Shown here: positions 10,241 to 20,088 of the stretch, in pieces | Layout: every line of letters begins with the position of its first letter | How positions within the stretch are numbered: position 1 is the first letter of the stretch | Assembly: GCA_963727445.1 (NCBI GenBank) | Contig: CAVSGI010000005.1 | Span: forward strand, 96,001-160,000 | Source: an uncultured delta proteobacterium | GTDB lineage: Bacteria; Myxococcota_A; Polyangia; Polyangiales; B10-G4 | Length of the DNA: 64,000 nucleotides | Reading direction: 5' to 3' | Program-made: the position numbers and the translations under genes | The notes under the pieces: generated by a model | What the model saw: only the letters and a program-made list of their open reading frames with translations | Databases searched by the model: none | Told to the model about the DNA's origin: nothing

Positions 10241-11056
10241 TCAGTCGTCGTAGAACATCGGCGGCCGCTTGCGAATGAAGCGCAAGACCAGCTCGCGGTC
10301 GTTTGGGGGAAGCGCATCGAACTGGATCCCCATCCCCGGCTCGGAGTCTGCCGAGAAATCGAGGGGGTCGCGGACGAAGCGCACCTGGCCCGTGACACGC
10401 ATCTCGAATCCACCCGGCAGGGTCACCAGCATGTTGATGGGCGTGCCACGCGGGAAGGTCTCGTAGGTCGCGAGGAAGACACCCCCCTCGCCGATCTCGC
10501 CGGAGAAGCCCACGTAGAAGTTCGACTCGGTGGTCGCGCCGATGTTGGCCTCCACCTCTTCGCGCGCCAGGTTGCTCGCGGGGGCCGAGGCGGCGGCCGC
10601 CGCGCTCTTCTGCTGTCCCGACAGGGGCACCGTCCCACCGGCCGCGGCGGGCACGTTCGGAACGGGTGCCGCTTTGGGCACCGCCACGCCGGGCTGTCCC
10701 GCAGCGGAAGGACGCACCGACGGCGCCTTCGAGGGAACGGTGGTGAGCGGGTAGAGGGAGCTCATCGACTTGGCGATGACCTCGGTCGCCACCGCGATCC
10801 CGGGGTGCTCGCCACGGACGTCCTGCAGCAGGGCGAGAGTCTGGCTCAGCGAGCCGAGGGCGCTGCGGACGCTCGACTTGCCGTCGGGCTCGGACGACGC
10901 GCGCTCCGCTTCGAAGAGCGCGCCCACCGCCATCGCGATGTTCTGCGCGACCGCGAGGACGTCTTCGGGGATGTTGCTGTCCTTCTGCAGCGCCTCGAGC
11001 GCGGAGCCCAATGCCTCACGCGCTTCCTTTGCCTGTGCGAGACCCGAATAACCCAT
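10241..11056 (-). CDS. TIGR02266-type PilZ domain protein, degenerate c-di-GMP motifs
   Basis: NFYVGFSGEIGEGGVFLAT, VRFVRD, PGMGIQF, RPPMFYDD; no RxxxR. Confidence 0.85.
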   Translation of the reverse strand: MGYSGLAQAKEAREALGSALEALQKDSNIPEDVLAVAQNIAMAVGALFEAERASSEPDGKSSVRSALGSLSQTLALLQDVRGEHPGIAVATEVIAKSMSSLYPLTTVPSKAPSVRPSAAGQPGVAVPKAAPVPNVPAAAGGTVPLSGQQKSAAAAASAPASNLAREEVEANIGATTESNFYVGFSGEIGEGGVFLATYETFPRGTPINMLVTLPGGFEMRVTGQVRFVRDPLDFSADSEPGMGIQFDALPPNDRELVLRFIRKRPPMFYDD

Positions 11057-11096
11057 CGATAAAGAGCTCCGCCTGAGGTTGAACGGCGATTCTACG

Positions 11097-11534
11097 TCAA
11101 AGCGCCTTGGTGAACACCACCCGGCTTCGCCCCGGCCCAGCGTAGTCCGCCACCTCTTCTACCCCGAATCCCAGGGCTTCGTGGAACCGAAGCGATCCTT
11201 CGTTTCCGACGAGAGTGATGGCTTTCAGTGACTTCGCACCCGCGTCGCGACAGCGCTTGGTGAAGAACTCGTAGAGGTCCTTCCCCACGCCGCGACGGCG
11301 GTGGTCGGGGTGGATCCCCACCAGGTGGACGTAGCCCACGGGGGGCGAGGTGGGGGCGAGGAAGCCGAGGAGGAAGCCCACGACCTGCTCGTCTTCCTCC
11401 GCGATCAGCGCGTCTCGTCCCAACTCGTAGAAGTAGACCGGATGGGCGCGCTCACCCGACGGACCATCCCACCAGCGGTCGAAGACCGACACGATGTAGT
11501 CGTAGTCCTGCTTGGTGATTCCGCGGATTTGCAC
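11097..11534 (-). CDS. GNAT family N-acetyltransferase
   Basis: IHPDHRRRGVGKDL acetyl-CoA loop; NEGSLRFHEALGF. Confidence 0.9.
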   Translation of the reverse strand: MQIRGITKQDYDYIVSVFDRWWDGPSGERAHPVYFYELGRDALIAEEDEQVVGFLLGFLAPTSPPVGYVHLVGIHPDHRRRGVGKDLYEFFTKRCRDAGAKSLKAITLVGNEGSLRFHEALGFGVEEVADYAGPGRSRVVFTKAL

Positions 11535-11591
11535 GTCGGGAGGCGCCGAGTAACACAGCCTGAGACCGATTGCACGTCCGGGCCCGGGCCG

Positions 11592-11867
11592 TCACTGGAG
11601 CGTGGGGCCGGGGTCGACCGTGCCGTAGCGCTCCTCGTAGCGGGCCAGGGTGTCGCCGAGGACCGCATGGAAACGCTTGGCGTGCGAGGGAGACATGAGA
11701 ATTCGGGCGAGGAGCCAGCCCGCCTGCCCCTGAACGAAGGCGTAGTCCAGGACGAAGGTGTCGTGGGTGCTGCCCACCTGGGCCACGTTGGCGAAGCGAC
11801 CCTTGGCGATGTCGTCCTCGGCTTTGATGGTGAAGGAGGGCTGCTTGGGGCGATGGGAGTCAGGCAT
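11592..11867 (-). CDS. DUF3467-like protein
   Basis: GRFANVAQV, FVLDY, ARILMSPSHAKRF, YEERYG. Confidence 0.8.
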   Translation of the reverse strand: MPDSHRPKQPSFTIKAEDDIAKGRFANVAQVGSTHDTFVLDYAFVQGQAGWLLARILMSPSHAKRFHAVLGDTLARYEERYGTVDPGPTLQ

Positions 11868-11924
11868 GGTGCGGGATGATAGGGCCAGAGGGAACCTCGG
11901 CCAATCGGGTGTGTCCGTCGTGCT

Positions 11925-12671
11925 ATGACCAGCTTGGCCCCCGCCACCCGTCTCACCGAAGCCGACATGTCCGAACCGACGAGCGCCGGTGCCCGCGAGG
12001 AGCGGGAGCCCGAAGGAGCGAGCGACACGCCGTTGCTCTTCTGTCCCTTCTGTCGCGAGTGTTTCGAGGGCGAGGAGCTCTGTCCCGACCACGAGCTGGC
12101 CCTGGTGCCCTTCGATCGGCTGCCCAAGCGCCTCGACGTGGACTACACGCCGACGGATGACGAGGTCCTGCAGATGTACGACCTGCGCTTCGGCCGGGGC
12201 TGGCTCATGGGCGCCGCCGTCCTCTGTCTGGTCGGGTTCGTCCTGCCCATGGTCACCACCTCTTCGCCTGAGGAGTCCATCGTGTCCTCGGGCATCGCGG
12301 TCGCGAGCCGGGTGGCGCCGAACCTCTTCGTCCTGCCGGCCATCGCCCTGGGGATCGTCTCGATCCTCTTCCGGCGCCGGACGCTGCGCGCGATGCGGGC
12401 GGCGCGGATGGTGGTGCCGCTGATGGCGGGGGTGGGGATCTTCTCCCTCGCCTACACGCTCTATCGCATCAGCCAGGGCGCCGTGCAGCTGGGCGAGGCG
12501 CTCGGCACGACCGTGACGACCGAGCCGGACGTCGGTGTGTGGGTCATGGCGCTGTCGATGGCGACGGCGCTCTTCGCCGGTCTGAGGCTCGGGGTGGTGC
12601 GACGGAAGAAGGGGCTGCCTCACGGCGCCGAGCCGGAGGGTGACACCGGGATCGTCGTCGGCGACGACTGA
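11925..12671 (+). CDS. Hypothetical membrane protein with N-terminal zinc-ribbon motif
   Basis: FCPFCRECF...CPDH followed by 4 TM segments; start may be ATG 11967. Confidence 0.7.
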   Translation: MTSLAPATRLTEADMSEPTSAGAREEREPEGASDTPLLFCPFCRECFEGEELCPDHELALVPFDRLPKRLDVDYTPTDDEVLQMYDLRFGRGWLMGAAVLCLVGFVLPMVTTSSPEESIVSSGIAVASRVAPNLFVLPAIALGIVSILFRRRTLRAMRAARMVVPLMAGVGIFSLAYTLYRISQGAVQLGEALGTTVTTEPDVGVWVMALSMATALFAGLRLGVVRRKKGLPHGAEPEGDTGIVVGDD

Positions 12672-12689
12672 GCGGGCGGCCGCCGCGCC

Positions 12690-13613
12690 CTATTCTTGCG
12701 GCTGGGCGGCCTCGATGGTCTTGAGGAAGGCCTTCTCGAGGGTGTGCGTCAGGGGCGAGAGGTGGCGCACCTGCTGCTTGGCGTCGACGGCGACCTCGAG
12801 GATGAAGTTGGCGTCCTTGCCATCCGGCACCCGCACTTCGAGCGTGGTGCCCTCGCGGGTGACCACGCACTTGGCGAGCTCCAGGGGCTTCTTGAGCCCG
12901 TCCGGGTCGCCCTTGATGCGGACCTCGTAGACGTCCTTGTCGGGGGTGACCAGCGGGTCGATGCCGCCGGCGTAGAGGACGTCGCCGCCGGCGATCACCA
13001 CCACCTGATCGCAGGTCTTCTCGACGTCGGGCAGGATGTGGGTCGACAGGATCACGCTCGCGCCCGTGCGCTGCGGGATGTCCAGGATGAGGGCGAGCAT
13101 CTCGTCCCGGCCACGAGGGTCGAGGCCGCTCGTGGGCTCGTCGAGGAGAAGGAGCTTCGGATCGCCGACGAGGGCCTGCGCGAGGCGCGCGCGCTGCTTC
13201 ATGCCGGTCGAGAAGGATCCGAGGCGCCGGTAGCGGGCTTCGCCGAGACCGACGTAGTGCAGGACCTGGTGGGCGCGGCCCGTCGCCTCGGAGGTCGGCA
13301 GGCCGCAGAGCTCGGCGGCGAAGGTGGCGTACTTCAGCGCCGTCATCTCGGGCATCACCGAGTCGCCTTCGGGCATGTAGCCGATGCGCGATCGCACGGT
13401 GAAGGGGTCGTGATTGACGTCGGTCCCGAAGACCTTCACCGACCCGTGATCCGGCGGCAGGAGCCCGAGCACCGTCTTGAGGAGCGTGCTCTTGCCCGCC
13501 CCGTTCGGGCCGAGCAGCCCGATCCGTCCTTCCTCGAGCGAGAGCGTGACGTCTTTGAGTGCGCGCAGCTCCCCGTAGCGCTTTTCGACCGCGTCGAGCT
13601 CGATGAGGGCCAT
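12690..13613 (-). CDS. ABC-2 type transporter ATP-binding subunit
   Basis: GPNGAGKST Walker A, FSTGMKQR signature, LLLLDEPTSGLDP, STH. Confidence 0.93.
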   Translation of the reverse strand: MALIELDAVEKRYGELRALKDVTLSLEEGRIGLLGPNGAGKSTLLKTVLGLLPPDHGSVKVFGTDVNHDPFTVRSRIGYMPEGDSVMPEMTALKYATFAAELCGLPTSEATGRAHQVLHYVGLGEARYRRLGSFSTGMKQRARLAQALVGDPKLLLLDEPTSGLDPRGRDEMLALILDIPQRTGASVILSTHILPDVEKTCDQVVVIAGGDVLYAGGIDPLVTPDKDVYEVRIKGDPDGLKKPLELAKCVVTREGTTLEVRVPDGKDANFILEVAVDAKQQVRHLSPLTHTLEKAFLKTIEAAQPQE

Positions 13614-13692
13614 GGCGCGCGGAAGGTAGCATACGGGCCCTGGCGTCCAGCTCTTCCCCCCGCCCCTTGCACGAACGAAACCGAACTTTTTT

Positions 13693-13720
13693 GGAACCAA
13701 GCCCAAGGGGCGCTGTCAGA
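13693..13720 (+). promoter_or_regulatory. Putative ECF-sigma promoter
   Basis: GGAACC-N16-GTCAGA preceded by a T-tract, about 150 nt upstream of the AgmX/GltG-like gene. Confidence 0.5.
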
Positions 13721-13868
13721 AGGTTTGAACGGAGCGAGCGGCAGCAACCGAGACAGGCTGAAGAAGCCAACGTCAGTTGGGGCGCCGATTCCTCCGAGGA
13801 CCGACGGGTGAGATCCGCCCGACACACGACCCGTGCCGTGAGGGCACACGGGAGAGGAGAGCTGCGCG

Positions 13869-15404
13869 ATGACGACCGAGGCAAAGACGACCCATTACCA
13901 GATGGTGGCCAGCGGCCCCGCAGTGCCCGCCGAAGAGGTGGAGCGCGCCGAGCAAGCGGTCGAGGTGGTGGTGATGTGGGGCGACTCTGCGCTCCACGTC
14001 GCGCACCTCTCCCCGCCCCGCCCCTTCTACGTCGGTGAACAGAGCGAGAGCGGCGAAGCGCCGGACTGGCTCTGCGGCGCCGAGACCCTGGGGACCACGC
14101 GACTGCCCGTCGTGCTCGAAGGAGCGGGCGGTCCGAAGGTCGTGATCCCCGAAGGCGGTGAGCTCCGCGTCACCATCGAAGGCGAGACCCGCGACCTCGC
14201 GAGCCTCGCGGAGGCGGGGCTCCTCTCGCCCTGCGTCGAGCTCGCTGGTGCGCGCACCTACGACCTTCCGCCCACCGCGTCTGCCGAGATCGACTTCGGC
14301 GGCTTCACCTTCATCGTGCGTCCGACCCGCGCCGGCCGGCGCGTCGGCGTGGGCTTCGCCGAGATGATGGCGGCGATGGACCGCACCCATCTCAAGTACG
14401 TCGGCGGCGCGCTCGCCTTCTTCGCGACGCTCCTCGCCATGACCTACTTCCTGCCCCCCGCCGGCGGCGCCCTCAGCCTCGAGAACATCGACCAGAGCTC
14501 GCGCATCGTCGACTACCTCTCGGCGGCGCCCGAGATGATCGACGAGGACGCGCCGAGCTGGATCGAAGAAGACGGCCCCCGCGCCGACGAAGGTGGCACC
14601 GGTGAGCGCGCCGCCGAAGAGGAAGGCGCGATGGGAGACGAGGCGTCCGAGCAGACCGAGAATCGCTCGGGCATCCAGGGTCCCCGCGACAACCAGGACA
14701 TCCACATGGCCAACCGCGAGGCGCAGCGTGAAGCGGCGCGCACCGCGGGCATCCTCGGCGTGCTCGCCATGCAGAGCGGATCCGTCGGTCCCACCTCGCC
14801 CTTCGGGCGCGAGACCGCCATCGGCAACGACCCGATCAGCGCGCTCGGTGCGCTGATGGGCGACAACATCGGCAACAACTTCGGCTTCGGCGGCCTGGGC
14901 CTCACGGGCACCGGGCGCGGCGGCGGCGGTGACGGCCTCGGCACCTACGGCCTCGGCAACGAGGGCCTTCGCACCATCGGCCGCGGCGCCGGCTGTGACA
15001 GCCCGCCCTGCGGCGACGGATACGGCCGCAACGTGGGCATCGGCAATCGTGACCGTCAGTCCCATGTCCCCACACTGACCCCCGGCACCCCCGAGACGCA
15101 CGGCTCGCTCTCCGCCGAGACCATCCGCCGCGTGGTGCGCCGCCATCGCAACGAGGTTCGCCACTGCTACGAGCGTGAGCTCACCTCGCAGCCCGATCTC
15201 GAGGGACGCGTGACCGTCAGCTTCGTCATCTCCAACACCGGCGCGGTGATGGCGTCGAGCGTGGTCTCGGGACGCACCGACATCGCGAGCAACGAGGTCT
15301 CCAGCTGTGTCGCCAGCGCCGTGCGCCGCTGGCCCTTCCCGCAGCCCGACGGCGGGGGCGTGGTCTCCGTGACCTATCCCTTCCTCTTCTCCTCCAGCAA
15401 CTGA
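13869..15404 (+). CDS. AgmX/PglI/GltG-like protein with C-terminal TonB-C-like domain
   Basis: One TM, acidic and Gly-rich linker (GFGGLGLTGTGRGGGG), IRRVVRRH...CYE...GRVTVSFVI...C...RRWPFPQP..GVVSVTYPFLF. Confidence 0.85.
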   Translation: MTTEAKTTHYQMVASGPAVPAEEVERAEQAVEVVVMWGDSALHVAHLSPPRPFYVGEQSESGEAPDWLCGAETLGTTRLPVVLEGAGGPKVVIPEGGELRVTIEGETRDLASLAEAGLLSPCVELAGARTYDLPPTASAEIDFGGFTFIVRPTRAGRRVGVGFAEMMAAMDRTHLKYVGGALAFFATLLAMTYFLPPAGGALSLENIDQSSRIVDYLSAAPEMIDEDAPSWIEEDGPRADEGGTGERAAEEEGAMGDEASEQTENRSGIQGPRDNQDIHMANREAQREAARTAGILGVLAMQSGSVGPTSPFGRETAIGNDPISALGALMGDNIGNNFGFGGLGLTGTGRGGGGDGLGTYGLGNEGLRTIGRGAGCDSPPCGDGYGRNVGIGNRDRQSHVPTLTPGTPETHGSLSAETIRRVVRRHRNEVRHCYERELTSQPDLEGRVTVSFVISNTGAVMASSVVSGRTDIASNEVSSCVASAVRRWPFPQPDGGGVVSVTYPFLFSSSN

Positions 15405-15430
15405 CGCCGCCTGCGCGTCGATCGCCAAGC

Positions 15431-15458
15431 AAGGCCCGCACTTCGGTGCGGGCCTTTC
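15431..15458. terminator. Intrinsic terminator-like hairpin between convergent genes
   Basis: AAGGCCCGCAC-TTCG-GTGCGGGCCTT, perfect 11-bp stem with cUUCGg loop. Confidence 0.75.
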
Positions 15459-15498
15459 GCTGCTTGCCCATGCCCGTGCCCGTGCCCGGGCTAGACGC

Positions 15499-16476
15499 TC
15501 ACTCGCAGAGTGAGTCGCGACAGCGAAGGGGCATGGCACATGGGGCGCCGCAGGAACCGCAGTTGGCGGGGTCCACCGTGAGGTGCGCCTCGCAGCCGGT
15601 CGACGGGTCGGTGTCGCAGTCGCCCCAGTCGACGTCGCACGACACGATGCATCGCCCCCCGGTGCACACCGTGTCGGTGGCGTGGAAGGTGCCGGGGTCG
15701 GGGCAGAACGCGCCGCAAGCGCCGCAGTGCATCATGTCCGTCGTCGTGTCGACCTCGCATCCATCGGAGGCGTCGCGATTGCAGTCGGCATAGCCGGGAT
15801 CGCAGCCGAGGATGCACGAGCCGTCGACGCACATGCGGCCCGCGACGTGCGCGCCGGCTGCGGGGCAGGCGCGATCGCAGCTGCCGCAGTGGTCCACGTC
15901 GGTCATCAGGTCGAAGTCCTCGTCCACGTTCGAGTCGCAGTCGTCGTCTGCGTCGTTGCAGATCTCCGGCATGCCACATACGTCGGGCGTCGCGTCGGGC
16001 ACGGCGGTGTCGACACCGGCGTCGCGACACTGCTCGCCGCCCTCGAACTCGCATGGTTCGACCTCGGCCGGGCGGCAGCCGCCGCCCTGGCAGGTGCTCC
16101 CCGCCCCGCAGCTCGTGCCCACGCACGCGGCGTCGAGGGTCACGATGAGCTTCAGCGATTCCCCTTCGACGAAGGAGACGCGGAGCACCCGGGTCACCAC
16201 CTCGGCGGTGCCCATGAGACCGGCGACCTCCACTTCCACCGGGCCGAGGGGTCCGCTCTGGTGCACCAGGGTGAGCGAACGCGGGAGCGGCTTTTCCGCG
16301 AGGTTGGCATCGGCGCTCTGCACCTCCCCCATCGGACGGGCAGCGGCGATGCGCACGTGATCGATCTGGGCGATCACCGCGTCATCGGCATGAACCTCGA
16401 CGATGATCTCAGTGACCTGCCCCGAGCAGGAAGCGAGGAGCACCGCGGCCGCCATCGACGTGAGGTGGGGTCGCAA
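15499..16476 (-). CDS. Cys-rich repeat lipoprotein
   Basis: Lipobox LASC; PEICNDADDDCD; three D-x-x-[HN]-CG-x-C repeats and DC..D...GCE repeats. Confidence 0.8.
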   Translation of the reverse strand: MRPHLTSMAAAVLLASCSGQVTEIIVEVHADDAVIAQIDHVRIAAARPMGEVQSADANLAEKPLPRSLTLVHQSGPLGPVEVEVAGLMGTAEVVTRVLRVSFVEGESLKLIVTLDAACVGTSCGAGSTCQGGGCRPAEVEPCEFEGGEQCRDAGVDTAVPDATPDVCGMPEICNDADDDCDSNVDEDFDLMTDVDHCGSCDRACPAAGAHVAGRMCVDGSCILGCDPGYADCNRDASDGCEVDTTTDMMHCGACGAFCPDPGTFHATDTVCTGGRCIVSCDVDWGDCDTDPSTGCEAHLTVDPANCGSCGAPCAMPLRCRDSLCE

Positions 16477-16478
16477 GA

Positions 16479-17294
16479 TCAACGGATCTCCAGAACGCCG
16501 GGCATGAAGTCGCCCTGAGTCGGGCTCTGCATGTCGTTCACGATGAAGTAGGCTGCGACCACGCCGCCGCCCACCACCGCCAACGCGAGGGTGGTCCAGA
16601 GCCACCACAGGCTCCCGCCCCCATCGCCGTCCTCGGCGACGTCGGCCGGCTGTGCTCCGGCGTCCCCCACCGCCACCGGAGGCAGCGCTGGCGCGACCAG
16701 CTGGACCACCTCGGTCGCACCGTCGGCGACCATCACCTCTTCGCTCTGGATCACTTCCCCGTCATCGACGCTCAACCGCGCCAGGTGCCGTCCGGGATCG
16801 ACGGGGTGATCCACGCCGATCACCGCGTCGGGGAGATCGCGGCCGTCGAGCGTCACGTGCACGCCCGTCCTCATGTTGCGCACGTCGATCCGGAGCCGTC
16901 CGAGTCGCTCCTCCACCGTCCCGCGGAGCGCGGTCGCCGGTCGCGCCACATCCGGCGGAACGTCCTCGCCCTCCTCGATGATCCGCAGCTGCTCGGATGC
17001 TTCGACCAGGCGTCCGAGGTGCACGAGCGACTCGGCGAGGTTGTATCGGATCTGCGGCGTCTCCTTCAGCTCGAGGGCGCGCGCGAAACGGTCAGCTGCT
17101 TGTTGCCAGCGGTTGTGCCGCGCGTGACGCATCCCCTGCGTGAATTGGTCGCGCGCGAGCGCCTGTCGCTCGGCCTCGCTCATCTCGTTCACGGGCCGCT
17201 CCGCCGTGCCCCGTGCCTGCGCCTGGACGGAGCCCGACGTGGCCGTACCGAGGACCAGAACGAAGCCGATGGTGAGGAGCGCTTCGGGGGGCAC
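16479..17294 (-). CDS. Exported TPR + PEGA-like protein with C-terminal hydrophobic segment
   Basis: Signal peptide; AADRFARALEL...YNLAESLVHLGRLVEA TPR; VTLDG...VDPGRH; WWLWTTLALAVVGGGVVA. Confidence 0.75.
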   Translation of the reverse strand: MPPEALLTIGFVLVLGTATSGSVQAQARGTAERPVNEMSEAERQALARDQFTQGMRHARHNRWQQAADRFARALELKETPQIRYNLAESLVHLGRLVEASEQLRIIEEGEDVPPDVARPATALRGTVEERLGRLRIDVRNMRTGVHVTLDGRDLPDAVIGVDHPVDPGRHLARLSVDDGEVIQSEEVMVADGATEVVQLVAPALPPVAVGDAGAQPADVAEDGDGGGSLWWLWTTLALAVVGGGVVAAYFIVNDMQSPTQGDFMPGVLEIR

Positions 17295-17321
17295 CACCCG
17301 GGATCATACCCAAGTGGGGAC

Positions 17322-18890
17322 TCAGAATCCCGGGCTACCGAGCAACATGCCGGGATCACGCATTCCGCGGCGCATTCTGCGCATCCCGGCGGGCCGGGCG
17401 GCGGTGACGCGATAGGTCCCATCCTCGAGCGCGTTGTGCTCGACCCGGAAGGGCCGCCGGCGGCGCACCCGCACCTCGATCACGTGCGTCTCGTCCGCGC
17501 GCTCGAAAGTGATCGGGCCAGAGGCGTGGCGCTCGCCATCGACGAAGATCCGGGCCCGACGAGGCACGGCCTCCAAGGTCACGGTGACGGTGCTCGCCTC
17601 CCCGGCGGCATCCCCTTCGCTCGCCGCCGCCGCGTCGGCTTCCGCTTCGGTCGCGCTCGCCTGGTCTTGCGCTGCGCCGGCTTCCGTCGCCTCCAGATCG
17701 GCGGCCAGCTCTTCTTCGTCGACGGACGCGCTCTGCGGCGCGGAGGCCGTGTCGGCGGGTGGCGGCCAGATGCGATCACGGAGCTGATAGGTCGCGACCC
17801 CGCTGGCCACCATGAGGAAGACCGCGATGCCGATCACCCACGGCCACTTCGCTTTGTGCGGGGCCGGCTCGGGCGGCCCCGGGTACTCGCTCGAAGGCAC
17901 GATGCCGGACTCGTCGGGCTCGAGCGAGTCGCCCACCGCGCTTCGCAGATCCCCGGCGGCGGTGGTCGGGAAGATGCTGTCGCCCACGTTGCCGCCGACC
18001 GTGCCGCGGATGTCGTCGAGATCCGCGGCGGTGTCGGTCGCCGCCTGCAGAAGCGCCCGCCGAAACTCGCGGGCGGTCTGGAAGCGATCCGCGCGATCGA
18101 GCGCCATCGCCTTTTCGACCACCGCGGCGACCTGGGGCCCGAGGTCCGGCCGGCGCTCGGCGAACGGTGTGTGGCTGGCCTCGATGATCTCGATGATCAG
18201 ATCACCGACCCGGTTGCCGTCGTAGGGCGGGGCGCCGGCGAGGGTCTCGTAGAGGACCGTGCCCATCGCGTAGATGTCGGTCCGGTGGTCGATGTCGTGC
18301 AGACCGCGGGCCTGCTCCGGTGACATGTATCGTGGGGTCCCGGTGAGTGCGTTCTCCTGGCTGGGGAGCACCGATTGCAGATCGTCATTCTCGTCGGCAC
18401 GTGACACGCCGAAGTCGAGGAGCTTCGGATAGACGCCGTCGGCATCGGTGAGGACGAAGATGTTCGCGGGCTTGATGTCGCGGTGGACGATCTTGGCCTC
18501 GTGAACCGCCGCGAGACCGCTGAGCGTGCGGGCGAAGATGCGGATGACGTCGTCGAAGGAGATGGCCTTGCCCGAGGCCAGACGCTCCTGCAGCGTCTCA
18601 CCGTCGAGGTACTCCATGACCATGTAGGGGTCGCCCCGTTCGTCGGTCCCGAAGTCGATGATGTCGACCACGTTGCGGTGGTCGACGGCGGCCGCGACCC
18701 GCGCTTCTCGGAGGAAGCGCTCTCGCACCTTCTCCCGGGGGCCCGCCAGGTGAAGAAACTTCACGGCGACGAGCCGTCCAAGCTCGACGTGCCGGGCGCG
18801 CCACACGGTAGCCATCCCGCCCTCGCCGATGGTCTCTTCGAGGCGGTACTTCCCGACGATGGTCTGCTCGGAGCTCGACATGGGCTCCAT
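17322..18890 (-). CDS. Transmembrane Ser/Thr protein kinase with C-terminal PEGA-like domain
   Basis: IGEGGMATVW, VAVKFL, HRDIKPAN, DFG, GTPRYMSPEQ; TM WPWVIGIAVFLMVASGV. Confidence 0.95.
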   Translation of the reverse strand: MEPMSSSEQTIVGKYRLEETIGEGGMATVWRARHVELGRLVAVKFLHLAGPREKVRERFLREARVAAAVDHRNVVDIIDFGTDERGDPYMVMEYLDGETLQERLASGKAISFDDVIRIFARTLSGLAAVHEAKIVHRDIKPANIFVLTDADGVYPKLLDFGVSRADENDDLQSVLPSQENALTGTPRYMSPEQARGLHDIDHRTDIYAMGTVLYETLAGAPPYDGNRVGDLIIEIIEASHTPFAERRPDLGPQVAAVVEKAMALDRADRFQTAREFRRALLQAATDTAADLDDIRGTVGGNVGDSIFPTTAAGDLRSAVGDSLEPDESGIVPSSEYPGPPEPAPHKAKWPWVIGIAVFLMVASGVATYQLRDRIWPPPADTASAPQSASVDEEELAADLEATEAGAAQDQASATEAEADAAAASEGDAAGEASTVTVTLEAVPRRARIFVDGERHASGPITFERADETHVIEVRVRRRRPFRVEHNALEDGTYRVTAARPAGMRRMRRGMRDPGMLLGSPGF

Positions 18891-18992
18891 GGGGGAGATC
18901 ATAACGCGATCGCCCGATCACGGCACTATCAGCGATCGCCCTCCATGGCCGTGGCCCAGGCACTCGGGGATCCGAGCTATCATTCCGCCCCG

Positions 18993-19478
18993 ATGCGCGC
19001 TTTTCTTTCCGCCTGCCTGCTCTGGTCCGTCTCGATCGCCACCAGCGCCTGCTCCCAATCCACCGACTGCGCGGATGGCGACTGCGTGTGCATGGGCACC
19101 TGCGCCTGCCTGCCCGGTGACGAGCTCACCATGGACACCATCGACGCCCAGCCTCTCTACACCGTCGATGGGATCCCGGTGGTGGTCGTGAGGCTCGACC
19201 TCGCCGGGCAGTGCCTCGGTGAGGGCGCGCGTACCTACGTGGTCTACCGGACGACGTCCCTCGAGATCTCCACCGGCCCCGTGGACGTCGACGACTTCCG
19301 CACGCCCCGCCACGTTCCCGACTCCTTCGCCTACGAGTACATGGACCTCTCCATCGAGGTCCGCGACATCGCGGGCCCCGGCGTCAGCCTCGCCTTCGTG
19401 GACCCTTCGGGCACGAACGAGACGCTGATGGCGGAGTGTGTCGAGACCGGCGGCGTCTTGAGCTGCACGCAGCTCTGA
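18993..19478 (+). CDS. Hypothetical Cys-rich lipoprotein
   Basis: MRAFLSACLLWSVSIATSAC signal and lipobox. Confidence 0.65.
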   Translation: MRAFLSACLLWSVSIATSACSQSTDCADGDCVCMGTCACLPGDELTMDTIDAQPLYTVDGIPVVVVRLDLAGQCLGEGARTYVVYRTTSLEISTGPVDVDDFRTPRHVPDSFAYEYMDLSIEVRDIAGPGVSLAFVDPSGTNETLMAECVETGGVLSCTQL

Positions 19479-19488
19479 CGCCGGCCGC

Positions 19489-20071
19489 TCAGGGGACCTC
19501 GAAGCCCGCGCGTGCGAGCCACTCGACGACGGTGAGGAGCGGCAGGCCGACGATCGCGGTGTGATCCGCGCCTTCGACCGAGGAGAACAGGGCGATGCCC
19601 GCGCTTTCGATCTTGTAGCTGCCCGCGCAATCGACGGGATCGTCGCGCTCGACGTAGCGCCGGATGGCGTCCTCTTTGAGGTTGCGCATGGTGAGGCGGT
19701 GCTCGTCGACGTGCTCGAAGACCGTGCGGTTCGGCTGGATCAGAGTCACCGCGGTACTGAGCCGATGCGCGCGTCCCGCGAGCCGGGTGAGCTGCGCCAC
19801 TGCAGCCGAGACCGAGCCGGGCTTGCCGAGCGCCTCCCCGCTGAGGTCGACGATCTCGATCGCTGGCCAGCACGTACGCTTCCGGATGGAGCGCGTGCAC
19901 GCTCTGGGCCTTGGCGCGTGACAGGCGCCGGGCGCGCTCCGTCACCGACTCTCCGATCGGACCGGGCGTGGACTCGTCGGCGCGGTGGGGAACGGCGTCG
20001 AAGGGCACGCCGAGCCGCTCGAGAAGCGCGGCTCTGTAGGGAGAGGTCGACGCCAGGACGAGTCGCTTCAT
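19489..20071 (-). CDS. maf: Maf family nucleotide pyrophosphatase, YceF-like (frameshift near 19857)
   Basis: LVLASTSPYR, SDQ after repair, GKP, CAGSYKIE, IVGLPL. Confidence 0.88.
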
Positions 20072-20088
20072 CGCCGCTCGTCTCGGGG

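Noticed and set aside
12690..13613. ABC ATPase without adjacent permease
   Set aside because: Split ABC systems are common and the partner is probably elsewhere in the genome
13773..15539. Long antisense ORFs (also 19561..21735, 25290..26921, 38876..40834, 50137..52350, 56116..58512, 57893..60667)
   Set aside because: Shadow frames of real genes, expected in high-GC DNA; no recognisable motifs
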